DNA of 62,289 nucleotides, the filler included, from an uncultured Methanosarcinales archaeon (GTDB lineage Archaea > Nanobdellota > Nanobdellia > Woesearchaeales > CAYSVS01), in the NCBI GenBank assembly GCA_964589485.1. It is 2 parts of 2 records of this genome, joined end to end, with 100 filler letters (N's around TTAATTAATTAA, not from the genome) between each part and the next. Parts side by side here need not be neighbours in the genome. Positions count along the whole stretch, not along the records: positions 31,451 to 62,289 come from CAZPRK010000013.1; 1 more part is not named here. One strand, written 5' to 3'. The position numbers and the translations under genes are program-made. Positions 49,850 to 58,346 of the stretch are shown here, one piece after another (position 1 is the first letter of the stretch; each line of letters starts with the position of its first letter). The notes below the pieces were generated by a model. The model was not told the DNA's origin and searched no databases. It was given only the letters and a program-made list of their open reading frames with translations.

Positions 49850-50824
49850 TTGTATTTTCTTATAAATATGAAAGTCATATATCTTAAAGATAGTAGAGAA
49901 TTAACTTATTTTGGAAAAGATGCAGTTAGAGAAATACATAGAATTGCTGATAGGGAATTAACTCTTTCTAAAAATTTAACAATTGATATGGACGGAGTTC
50001 AAGTGTTTGATGATGCTTCAAAAATAACAGCTGAAATTTTAGCAGGTGAACCTGGTTTAGATTATTTTCTCGAAACTGCAAAAGATAATATTAATGCAGT
50101 TGAAAAAGGTGATACTGCTTATTGTTGGAATGTTGCACAATTTATGGCATATTTGTTAAAAGGAAATTCTACTGAGTTTAATAGAAATATTGGAAGAAGT
50201 ATAAGATTAATTCCTGATACTCAAATTTTTATTGAATATGTTAAACAATTAGAATATAATGTTGTAAGTGTTACTGCTTCAAATCAAGAAACTGCTGAAG
50301 AAGTTGCAAAAAGAATAGGAATTGAACAAGTTTTAGGTAATTTATATGGAAGAAAGAATGAAGTTTATGATGGAACCATTAAAAGGTTTGTAGGAGGAAA
50401 ACATAAAGCTAGTATTATAGAAGAATTGTTTTCTGAAAATTTACATATAGGAGATAGTTGGTCAGATATTGAATCTTTAGAAAATAATGGTTTAGCATTA
50501 AACCCTACAAATAAGTTTGTTATGATGAATGCAAAGGTTTCTGTTATAACTTCAAGTTTAATGAGTCTTTTGCCGTTTCTAGATGATAAGGGGATTTTTG
50601 ATGATGTTTATCTTGAAGAGCAATTGCCTGATACTGTTATAATAAGTGAAGGAGATTTTAGTCAAGAATTATTATATAGCTCTACTGAATTTAAACATCA
50701 AAGAATTTGTAAATTACTTCCTGGTTTAAAATTAAATGGTGATTTAGAATTAGTAAAACGTGAAATTCCTGATTTTAACTTTAGTTCATTTGTAAAAGAA
50801 GAATATGAACGGTTTGTAAAATGA
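49850..50824 (+). CDS. HAD-superfamily hydrolase (phosphoserine phosphatase-like)
   Basis: IDMDGV motif I, VTAS motif II, K, GDSWSD motif IV. Confidence 0.8.
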   Translation: MYFLINMKVIYLKDSRELTYFGKDAVREIHRIADRELTLSKNLTIDMDGVQVFDDASKITAEILAGEPGLDYFLETAKDNINAVEKGDTAYCWNVAQFMAYLLKGNSTEFNRNIGRSIRLIPDTQIFIEYVKQLEYNVVSVTASNQETAEEVAKRIGIEQVLGNLYGRKNEVYDGTIKRFVGGKHKASIIEELFSENLHIGDSWSDIESLENNGLALNPTNKFVMMNAKVSVITSSLMSLLPFLDDKGIFDDVYLEEQLPDTVIISEGDFSQELLYSSTEFKHQRICKLLPGLKLNGDLELVKREIPDFNFSSFVKEEYERFVK

Positions 50825-51423
50825 ATTTAAAGTTTTTAGGCCATAGTTCTTTTAAAATAAAAACAAACGAAAATAGAATTATTTATATTGATCCTTATGC
50901 TGGCGAAGATTATGAAGGATCTAATTTAATTCTTGTTAGTAATTCTAATTACGATCATAGTTCAAGAGATAAAATAAAAAAAATAAGACACGATAATACT
51001 GAAGTTATTACAACAAAAGAAAATGCAGGGAATATAAATGGAATTGTAATCATCCCGGGACAAGATTTAGTTGTTGATGAAAATATTGATATAAAATGTT
51101 TAAGAGCAGAATCTGATAATTATCATGACGCTGTAGGCTTTTTACTTAAAGTAGATAATATTGTTATATATTTTGCTGGAGCTACTAAAAAATTAGAAAA
51201 TGTTAAATGTGATGTAGCTTTAATTCCTGTAGGAAGTACTCATACATTAACTCCAACTGAAGCTTCACAAGATATTAGAATTATTAAACCAAAAATAGTT
51301 ATTCCTATGCATTTTGGTGATGTAGAAGGAACTTTGGAAGATGCAGAACATTTTTCTGAATTACTTTCTGATGTTGAAATTAAAGTTTTAATTATGAAAG
51401 AAAATGAAGATATAGATTTTTAA
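50821..51423 (+). CDS. metallo-beta-lactamase fold protein with degenerate metal motif
   Basis: FLGHSSF, IYIDP, SNSNYDH, IPVG, IPMHFG. Confidence 0.85.
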   Translation: MNLKFLGHSSFKIKTNENRIIYIDPYAGEDYEGSNLILVSNSNYDHSSRDKIKKIRHDNTEVITTKENAGNINGIVIIPGQDLVVDENIDIKCLRAESDNYHDAVGFLLKVDNIVIYFAGATKKLENVKCDVALIPVGSTHTLTPTEASQDIRIIKPKIVIPMHFGDVEGTLEDAEHFSELLSDVEIKVLIMKENEDIDF

Positions 51424-51426
51424 TTT

Positions 51427-53316
51427 TTATTCTTTAACTAATAAGATTTTATCTTTAGCTTTAATTATATATTTATCATCTGGAATTTGCATAAATTCTT
51501 TTTCAGTTTTGATTGCTATAATATTATAATGTTTACCGATAATTTTATCTGCATTAATTACACTTTTTCCAGTAAGTTTATTTGCTTTTTTTTCAATAAG
51601 TTCTATACCTTTACCAGTATGTGTAAGAGCGTCCATTATCCATTGAATTACATTAGGATAGTGTACTGAAATAGATAATAAATGTCCACCTAATGCACTA
51701 CTAGGAACAACAAAATTAGCTCCTGCTTTTTCTGCTATTGGAACAAATGCATCTCTATGAATATTTGCTATAATAACTACTTTATCTGATAAAGATCTTA
51801 TTAAATTAATGCATAACATTGTGTCTGAGTCATTCATTAATGAAACAAAAACTACTGTGTTATTTGTGATATATTTTTGAATTATGTTTGCTTTTAAGGG
51901 ATTTCCTTCTAAAAAATTTACATTATCTTCTTTTTTATTTTGTATATTTAAACTTATTACATTTATTTTATGTTTTTCAGCAGTTAATTCTTGAATTAAA
52001 GATTCGATTGTATTATCATAACCTAAAGCTAAAAATTTAGTTGATTTTGATATTTTACTTTTAATGTCTGTAAAGTTTGAAGCTTTAGTTTTATTTGGAA
52101 GAAATGTAAATTCAAATAAAAAAGAAGTTTTTTCTTTTGGAGTAAGTTTAAAATCATCATATGGCATAATTAATGTTGATTTATTATTTGCCATTAAGGA
52201 TTTTAAATTTTTAACTAAAAATAAAATTTTACTATAACTATTTTTTTGGAAAAGGTAATTTATTCCGTCAAGTAATATGATGGAGTTAGGCATATTTTTA
52301 GTAAAATCTGATATTGTTGAATATAGTTGTTGAACTTCACTACTTCCAATGCTTAATTCTTCTGTTTCCGAATCAGTTAACCAAATAATAGGAGTAGTTT
52401 TAAGATTAAATTCTTTTTTAATTTCTTTAGGTTTTCTTGAAGTTATAATTAATCCATAATTTTTTTTCTTAAGTTTATCTAATAAAACATTATAACTACT
52501 TTTTCTTGATTTTTCTGTACAAATTAAATATTGACCTGATTCTATTGGAAATTTTTTGATTTCTTTATTATTAACTTCTAACTTAGATTCTTCATGGAGA
52601 GGTTTAATGTTTAAAAACTTATACTTTAAAATTCCATATCCTATAAAAAGTGACATTAATGTAGTTAGAATATTATTATGGGGAAAGATTCTATAGCCAA
52701 TTAAAGGAAGTAAAACTCCAGTAGGAATACCAACTATTATAGGAATACTAATGCCTATAATTAAATATTTAAGTCTATTTTTTAATTCATTTAGTTTTGT
52801 TTTTAGATATTTTTTAGTTAAAATGTATAAACAATAAAATAATGCTAAACTTTGAAACCATAGGAAAAAATAAGTATACAATGGGCCATATTGGTATTGA
52901 AATAAATGTATACCTGAACCATAAGTTGATTCTAATGGACTTAATAATCCAGATATCATTGCATTTGTTGTCCATAAGAAAATTAATATAACAAACATTG
53001 GAATGTACCAAAATTTAATGTGTCTTGTTATTATATTATTTCTTTTTAGATATGCCCAAGCAAAATGTGGAAAAATAAATATTGAAATGATGTAACCTGT
53101 ATAAGATATTTTTCCATAATTTAGAGCTGTACTATAATCTCCACTCATCCACATAAATGCTTTTCCTAAGTCCCATATACCTTGAAAAAAGAATAATAAT
53201 GCAAATAATTTATTTATTTCAGAAGAATTATTTTTTTTATAAACAAGATATGCAATTCCAAATTTAAAGAAAACTGCTAAGAATGAAAATAAAATTACTG
53301 AATTGTTTGTTATCAT
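51427..53316 (-). CDS. fusion: 7TM sensor-type membrane domain + DUF835 + RCK (TrkA-N/C)
   Basis: about 7 hydrophobic helices ending YGILKYKF; GLIITS..P, PIIWLT, ILLDGINYL; LEGNP, AGANFVVP, RCK-C tail. Confidence 0.8.
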   Translation of the reverse strand: MITNNSVILFSFLAVFFKFGIAYLVYKKNNSSEINKLFALLFFFQGIWDLGKAFMWMSGDYSTALNYGKISYTGYIISIFIFPHFAWAYLKRNNIITRHIKFWYIPMFVILIFLWTTNAMISGLLSPLESTYGSGIHLFQYQYGPLYTYFFLWFQSLALFYCLYILTKKYLKTKLNELKNRLKYLIIGISIPIIVGIPTGVLLPLIGYRIFPHNNILTTLMSLFIGYGILKYKFLNIKPLHEESKLEVNNKEIKKFPIESGQYLICTEKSRKSSYNVLLDKLKKKNYGLIITSRKPKEIKKEFNLKTTPIIWLTDSETEELSIGSSEVQQLYSTISDFTKNMPNSIILLDGINYLFQKNSYSKILFLVKNLKSLMANNKSTLIMPYDDFKLTPKEKTSFLFEFTFLPNKTKASNFTDIKSKISKSTKFLALGYDNTIESLIQELTAEKHKINVISLNIQNKKEDNVNFLEGNPLKANIIQKYITNNTVVFVSLMNDSDTMLCINLIRSLSDKVVIIANIHRDAFVPIAEKAGANFVVPSSALGGHLLSISVHYPNVIQWIMDALTHTGKGIELIEKKANKLTGKSVINADKIIGKHYNIIAIKTEKEFMQIPDDKYIIKAKDKILLVKE

Positions 53317-54338
53317 TCTAACCCTCCAAATGAAGATTTATCAATGATACAAAGTAACATGTTTCCTTCAGATAAAATATATTCGTCTTTTGGAACTTTC
53401 TCTAATCCACTTGATGTATCAACTCCAATAATTTTAGCAGTATTTTCTAATTTTTTTCTTACATCTTTTAATTTTTTTCCTATTAATTTGGAGTTATGTT
53501 TAATATCATGTTCATAGAATTCATATTTAGTATCTGAAGATAGATTATTAACAATCCATTTAGCAACACTTGGTTGATTATGGTTCTCCCATAATAACCT
53601 TCCCGCTATAGCATTTGATCCAACAATATGATCTGCTCCTGACTTTTTTGCTAATTTAATGTGATCTGGATTGTTTATTTTTGCAACTATATTTACATAT
53701 GGGTTTAGTTGTCTAATTATATGAATTGCAAGAATTACTTCTGAATCATTATCCATTGTAAGTATAACTGTTCCTGTGTCTCTTATATTAGCATCTTCTA
53801 ATGAAACTTTTTCAACTGGACTTCCTTTAATGAAACTTACATTATCTTTTTGAGTCAATTCTTCTCTAGTTACTTCATCCAGAATTACTATTTTATGGTT
53901 ATATCTTGATAGTTCAGTTAGAGTTGCATTACTTACTTCATTCCAACCACAAATTAAATAATCAACTCTACTTCTTATTCTATTAACACCAAGAATAGCT
54001 CCTAAATTAGAACTTACTACTGTTGATAAAATTTCAGATGCAATGAAACCAATTGTAGTAACACCTAATATCATTACAATCATTGCTAAAACTTTTCCTG
54101 TAGTTGATATAGGCGTAACATCTCCATATCCTACTGTAGTTATAGTAGTTATTATCCAATATAAACCTTCAAATAAAGGCATTTCTTTTTGTTGTAATTC
54201 AATTTTAGAAAAAGCTATAAACGCTAGAAAAAATAAAAGTATTAAAATTAGTAAAATTAATTTTTTGTTTGAAATATTTCTTCTGACAAAGTCCATCAAT
54301 GAAAAATTACTTTTATTCTTTGAAATAGTTAATGCCAC
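53313..54338 (-). CDS. potassium channel with RCK domains (MthK-like)
   Basis: TITTVGYGD selectivity filter, 2 TM, ICGWN, SGADHIV. Confidence 0.93.
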   Translation of the reverse strand: MALTISKNKSNFSLMDFVRRNISNKKLILLILILLFFLAFIAFSKIELQQKEMPLFEGLYWIITTITTVGYGDVTPISTTGKVLAMIVMILGVTTIGFIASEILSTVVSSNLGAILGVNRIRSRVDYLICGWNEVSNATLTELSRYNHKIVILDEVTREELTQKDNVSFIKGSPVEKVSLEDANIRDTGTVILTMDNDSEVILAIHIIRQLNPYVNIVAKINNPDHIKLAKKSGADHIVGSNAIAGRLLWENHNQPSVAKWIVNNLSSDTKYEFYEHDIKHNSKLIGKKLKDVRKKLENTAKIIGVDTSSGLEKVPKDEYILSEGNMLLCIIDKSSFGGLE

Positions 54339-54413
54339 TATACACCCCTTATATAATATAAATATAATTAATAATATATAAACTTACATAACTATTTAGG
54401 AGTAGAGAATAGG

Positions 54414-54737
54414 TTATATTTTTTCTAAAATTTCATTTAACTTTTTCTTAAATCCTTCTTCAGGATAAGATCCAACAATTCTGTCTAATTCTTTACCATT
54501 GTGAAAAACCATTAAAGTAGGAATACTCATAACTCCATTTTCTTGAGCAATTTCTTCATTATTTTCAGTGTTTACTTTAACAAATTTAGCTTTTCCTTCA
54601 TATTCTGAAGATACTTTTTCGAATACTGGAGCAAAACTCATACAAGGTCCACACCAAGATGCCCAAAAATCTACCACTACAGGAATGTCATTCTCTAAAA
54701 CTTCTGACTGAAAATTTTCTTTATTTATTTCTTGCAT
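54414..54737 (-). CDS. trxA: thioredoxin
   Basis: [15 protein letters not shown]. Confidence 0.97.
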   Translation of the reverse strand: MQEINKENFQSEVLENDIPVVVDFWASWCGPCMSFAPVFEKVSSEYEGKAKFVKVNTENNEEIAQENGVMSIPTLMVFHNGKELDRIVGSYPEEGFKKKLNEILEKI

Positions 54738-54739
54738 TT

Positions 54740-55951
54740 TTACACCTCAATGAATTTGTCTAGTCTTTTTAATGCAACAGCATATGATGCAATTCTAAGA
54801 CTAACTTTATTTTTTCTTTTAACTTCAAGAATTTCATTATAACTTTTATTTATTTTTTCTTTTAATTCATGATTGATTTTTTCAAGTGTCCATTTTTTAT
54901 TATCTTGATTTTGTTTCCATTCAAAATAACTTACACAAACTCCACCTGAGTTAGCTAAAATATCAGGAACAACATTTATTCCTTTTTTGTTTAATATAGT
55001 ATCAGCTTCTGGAGTTGTTGGACCATTTGCTAACTCAATAATTATATTGGCTTTTATTTTATTAACATTATCTAGTCTAATTTGGTTTTCCATGGCAGCC
55101 GGAACTAATATGTCAACTTCTAATTCTAATAATTCACTAGGAATTATTTCTTTCGCGAAACCTTTCACAGTTCCATTAGTATCTTTATATTTGAATAATT
55201 CTTTAATGTTAAGTCCTTCTTTATCAAAAACTGCACCTTTAGAGTCGGAAATCGCAATTACTTTTAACCCTGCTTCATTTGCCAATTCAGCCATAACTCT
55301 TCCAGCATTTCCAAAACCTTGTATTGCAATAGTTGTACATCCTATACATAAAGTTCCTAAAACATCTTGCAAGACATAAAATCCACCTTGAGCAGTAGCT
55401 TTATCTCGTCCTAAACTTCCTCCTTTATTTAGAGGTTTTCCTGTAATCATTCCAGGATCTTTTCTTTTTTCAACTTTTTCAAATTCATCTAACATTATTG
55501 CCATTATTTCAGGGTTAGTATAAACATCTGGAGCTGGACTATCTAAATGACTGCCTAAGTTATTATGCATAGATCTAATATAAGCTCTTGATAATTTTTC
55601 AATTTCATTTTTGCTAAGTTCTTTAGGGTTTACTATAATTCCACCTTTGCCGCCACCCATTGGAATGTCAATAACTGCAGTTTTAAAAGTCATCCAAAGA
55701 GCTAATGCTTTAACTTCATCCATAGAAACATTAGGATGAAACCTAATTCCTCCCTTAAATGGTCCCCTTAAATTACTATGTTGAACTCGGTATGATTTAA
55801 AAATTTTCACTTCACCAGAATCCATTTTTACAGGAATATTAGTTTGAATACTTCTTTGTGGCTTTTTTAAAATATCTATTTTATAATTTGGAAGTTTAGC
55901 TATTTTGTTTGCTTCACTTATTAAATCCAAAGATTGTTCGAATAATGACAT
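54740..55951 (-). CDS. gdhA: Glu/Leu/Phe/Val dehydrogenase (glutamate dehydrogenase)
   Basis: [41 protein letters not shown]. Confidence 0.93.
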   Translation of the reverse strand: MSLFEQSLDLISEANKIAKLPNYKIDILKKPQRSIQTNIPVKMDSGEVKIFKSYRVQHSNLRGPFKGGIRFHPNVSMDEVKALALWMTFKTAVIDIPMGGGKGGIIVNPKELSKNEIEKLSRAYIRSMHNNLGSHLDSPAPDVYTNPEIMAIMLDEFEKVEKRKDPGMITGKPLNKGGSLGRDKATAQGGFYVLQDVLGTLCIGCTTIAIQGFGNAGRVMAELANEAGLKVIAISDSKGAVFDKEGLNIKELFKYKDTNGTVKGFAKEIIPSELLELEVDILVPAAMENQIRLDNVNKIKANIIIELANGPTTPEADTILNKKGINVVPDILANSGGVCVSYFEWKQNQDNKKWTLEKINHELKEKINKSYNEILEVKRKNKVSLRIASYAVALKRLDKFIEV

Positions 55952-56094
55952 GGATATTCGAATATGGTTTTTATTTATAAAGTTATCTTTTGAATGAAAA
56001 AGTAAAAGATTACAGTTAGTTAAAAATTCTGAATCTTTTAACCGCTGTTAGTTTCTTTTTCCATACGTAGTGTGGGAAAATTTCGACCGAAAAG

Positions 56095-57193
56095 TAATTT
56101 TTAGTGGCGTTCTATTAGGCGAACACAGTGAGCTATTAAGAACAAGTATCAAGGGGGACATTTCGTTAATCTTTCATTTATAGAAAATTTAGTAGAATTA
56201 TTTAAATACTTCTCATCATTACATATCTATATGAATGATTCAGTAAAAAGATGGATGCCATTAATAATAGCAATAGTTTTAATAATTTGTTCTTTCTTAT
56301 ATCTGAATAATAAGATTGATAACTTACAATTAATTAAAAAGGAGCATATAATAATGACAAATAATTTTTCAGAAAACGTTGTAAAAATAAAACCAAGTAT
56401 AGTGATGATTTTTGCTGAAACAACTAAGTCAGAACTCCCATTTACAGGTGGGGAATATATAAAGATGGATAATAAAGTTTTTTCAAAAGGAACTGGTTTT
56501 ATTGTCACTAGCGATGGATATATATTAACTGCAAACCATGTCGTTAAAGAGGCAAAGGATAAAATTCAAGTTCGAACAATTGAAGGAGATAAATTTAAAG
56601 TATATGAAGCAGAACTTATTTCTTCAAATAATGATGCAGATGTAGCATTACTAAAAATCAACGTAAACGATTTGCCTCATGTAGACTTAGGAGATTATGA
56701 TAAATTTGAAGATGGAATGAGTGTAGGATTTATCGGATTCCCCTTGTCTATGAATTTGCCATTAACCAATAATGGAATTATCTCAGGAAAGGGTAAATTC
56801 CAATATGAAAAAGATGGAGATGGTGTAGATATATATACATTAAATGCTTTTATTAATCAAGGTAATAGTGGAGGTCCCGTTTTTTCTGCAAATACTGGTG
56901 AAGTTATTGGAATAATAAATGCAAGAATGAATGTAGTTAATGAAAAACAATTCATCAAATATGATCCTACTGGAAGAGGACAAGCACTGATTGGGGGTGT
57001 GGATCCAATTGCTTTAGCAGTTGAAACATATAATACCAATCTACGATTTATTGGTGATGTGACTCAGGTTGGAATAGGATATTCCACATCTATAGAATAC
57101 GGTAAATCTCTTTTGAAAGAAGCAACTAAGTAATATTTTTCAACTTATTTTCTAGAAATGTCCCCCTATTAACTATTTAGCCACTAAAAATTA
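56095..57193. repeat. nested inverted repeats enclosing the protease gene
   Basis: taatttttagtggc 56095-56108 / gccactaaaaatta 57180-57193 (14 bp); agggggacatttc 56152-56164 / gaaatgtccccct 57155-57167 (13 bp). Confidence 0.9.
56231..57133 (+). CDS. trypsin-like serine protease (S1C/HtrA-like, no PDZ) with N-terminal TM
   Basis: GTGFIV, LTANHVV, DVALLKI, GNSGGP catalytic triad. Confidence 0.93.
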   Translation: MNDSVKRWMPLIIAIVLIICSFLYLNNKIDNLQLIKKEHIIMTNNFSENVVKIKPSIVMIFAETTKSELPFTGGEYIKMDNKVFSKGTGFIVTSDGYILTANHVVKEAKDKIQVRTIEGDKFKVYEAELISSNNDADVALLKINVNDLPHVDLGDYDKFEDGMSVGFIGFPLSMNLPLTNNGIISGKGKFQYEKDGDGVDIYTLNAFINQGNSGGPVFSANTGEVIGIINARMNVVNEKQFIKYDPTGRGQALIGGVDPIALAVETYNTNLRFIGDVTQVGIGYSTSIEYGKSLLKEATK

Positions 57194-57195
57194 TT

Positions 57196-57288
57196 GAACT
57201 TAACATCAGGATTTAGAGAAGTTTTTGCGAAGCAAAAATTTGGGTAAACGAGTGCAACGGAGTGAACCTCTAAATCCTTGTTAAGTTC
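57196..57288 (+). other. attC-like recombination-site hairpin
   Basis: ACTTAAC (RYYYAAC) 57198-57204 and GTTAAGT (GTTRRRY) 57280-57286; stem gaacttaaca-[tc]-aggatttagag / ctctaaatcct-tgttaagttc. Confidence 0.5.
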
Positions 57289-57414
57289 TTCCGTTAGGAA
57301 TGAGAAATAGTCTGCAAGACGGTTTTCACGAAGTGAAAAATTTCGAAGAGTTGGAAGAACAACGTAAAAATATAAATAACTTGCAAAGCAAGACTAAAAT
57401 TCAGAAAAGGGCAA

Positions 57415-57615
57415 CTAAAAATTATCTTTTATTTCTTGTATTATATTATCAATCATCTCAGAGTAAGTATATTCAGGAAGATTTAATTCTTTTAATACAC
57501 TTAGATCTTCAGAAAAAATTGGAGATTTATCTTGTTTATCTTCTGATTGAACTTCAATATTGAATGGAGTTAGAATATCTTTAGCTAAATCAAATCTTGA
57601 TTTCAATTCAGGCAC
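57415..57615 (-). pseudogene. probable 3' fragment of an unknown gene
   Basis: protein-like composition; 5' end collides with recombinase fragment, no RBS. Confidence 0.4.
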
Positions 57616-57616
57616 T

Positions 57617-57760
57617 GCATTTGGAACTAATTTAGTTAAACAAGGTGTAAGTGTTAAATCAGTTCAAGAACAAATGGGGCATAAGTCAGATAAAACAACT
57701 TATGGGTATGTTCATTATTCACCTAGAGAAGATATTCAAAAGTTTCTTAGAAATAATTAA
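57617..57760 (+). pseudogene. tyrosine recombinase/integrase C-terminal fragment
   Basis: AFGTNLVKQGVSVKSVQEQMGHKSDKTTYGYVH matches box II (F.T.L...G.....vq..lGH....T..Y.H); upstream HxLR missing. Confidence 0.8.
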
Positions 57761-57872
57761 GATAACAACTTTTAACCTCCACTGGACACACTGGACAGGT
57801 GCGCGTGAGGTATATAAAGGAGTAAAGACAATACATACATTACATTGATTAAAAATTTTGATTTTTGCCTAA

Positions 57873-58346
57873 ATGAGGTGGTGTAGTGTGTCGTTATTAG
57901 TTTCAAAAGATACTCCTCTAAGTGAAATTACTTTAAGGAGATATGAAAAACCTGCAAACTTAGGTCATCGTGACTTAATAAAAAAATTATGTCTTTCAAT
58001 TGGTTTATTACAACCGGGTGATTCGAGAGATGTTATAGTGGATGTTTTGTATATTTTATTACAAAGTAAAGAAGAATTGCCAAGTGAAGAAGTTCGTTTA
58101 AGAGTTTTAGAATATAGAAAAGATAATAAATTATCTTTGAAAGGAGTTGCAGGATCAAATATAAGAAGACAATTAAGACGGTTAAGAGAATTGTTTTTAA
58201 TAGAAAAAACTGTTAATAAATATAGAGTTTATGAAAATAGTAACTTAACTCCAACTTTTGAAGAAAAATTGGAAAGTTATTTGTTAAAATCTATTGTTGA
58301 AAGAGTTAAAGATTACTACAAACAAGTTGATTCTATGTTTCAGTAG
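57873..58346 (+). CDS. hypothetical protein, winged-helix-like
   Basis: LSEITLRRYEKP, GLLQPGDSRDVIVD, SNIRRQLRRLRELFLIEK. Confidence 0.8.
   Translation: MRWCSVSLLVSKDTPLSEITLRRYEKPANLGHRDLIKKLCLSIGLLQPGDSRDVIVDVLYILLQSKEELPSEEVRLRVLEYRKDNKLSLKGVAGSNIRRQLRRLRELFLIEKTVNKYRVYENSNLTPTFEEKLESYLLKSIVERVKDYYKQVDSMFQ

Larger units (their letters stand above)
56012..57810. mobile_element. relic of a tyrosine-recombinase element or cassette: structured flanks, protease gene, gene fragments
   Basis: nested inverted repeats around the protease, attC-like hairpin, recombinase C-terminal fragment. Confidence 0.55.

Noticed and set aside
57752..57782. dif-like site (ATAA-6 nt-TTAA) after the recombinase fragment
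   Set aside because: Arms are poorly palindromic and the pattern is common in AT-rich DNA.
57300..57848. ORFs 57300-57563, 57651-57848 and the N-terminal part of 57560-57760 as real genes
   Set aside because: They run through hairpins, antisense to the 57415 fragment or out of frame with the recombinase motif; only 57617-57760 has family motifs.
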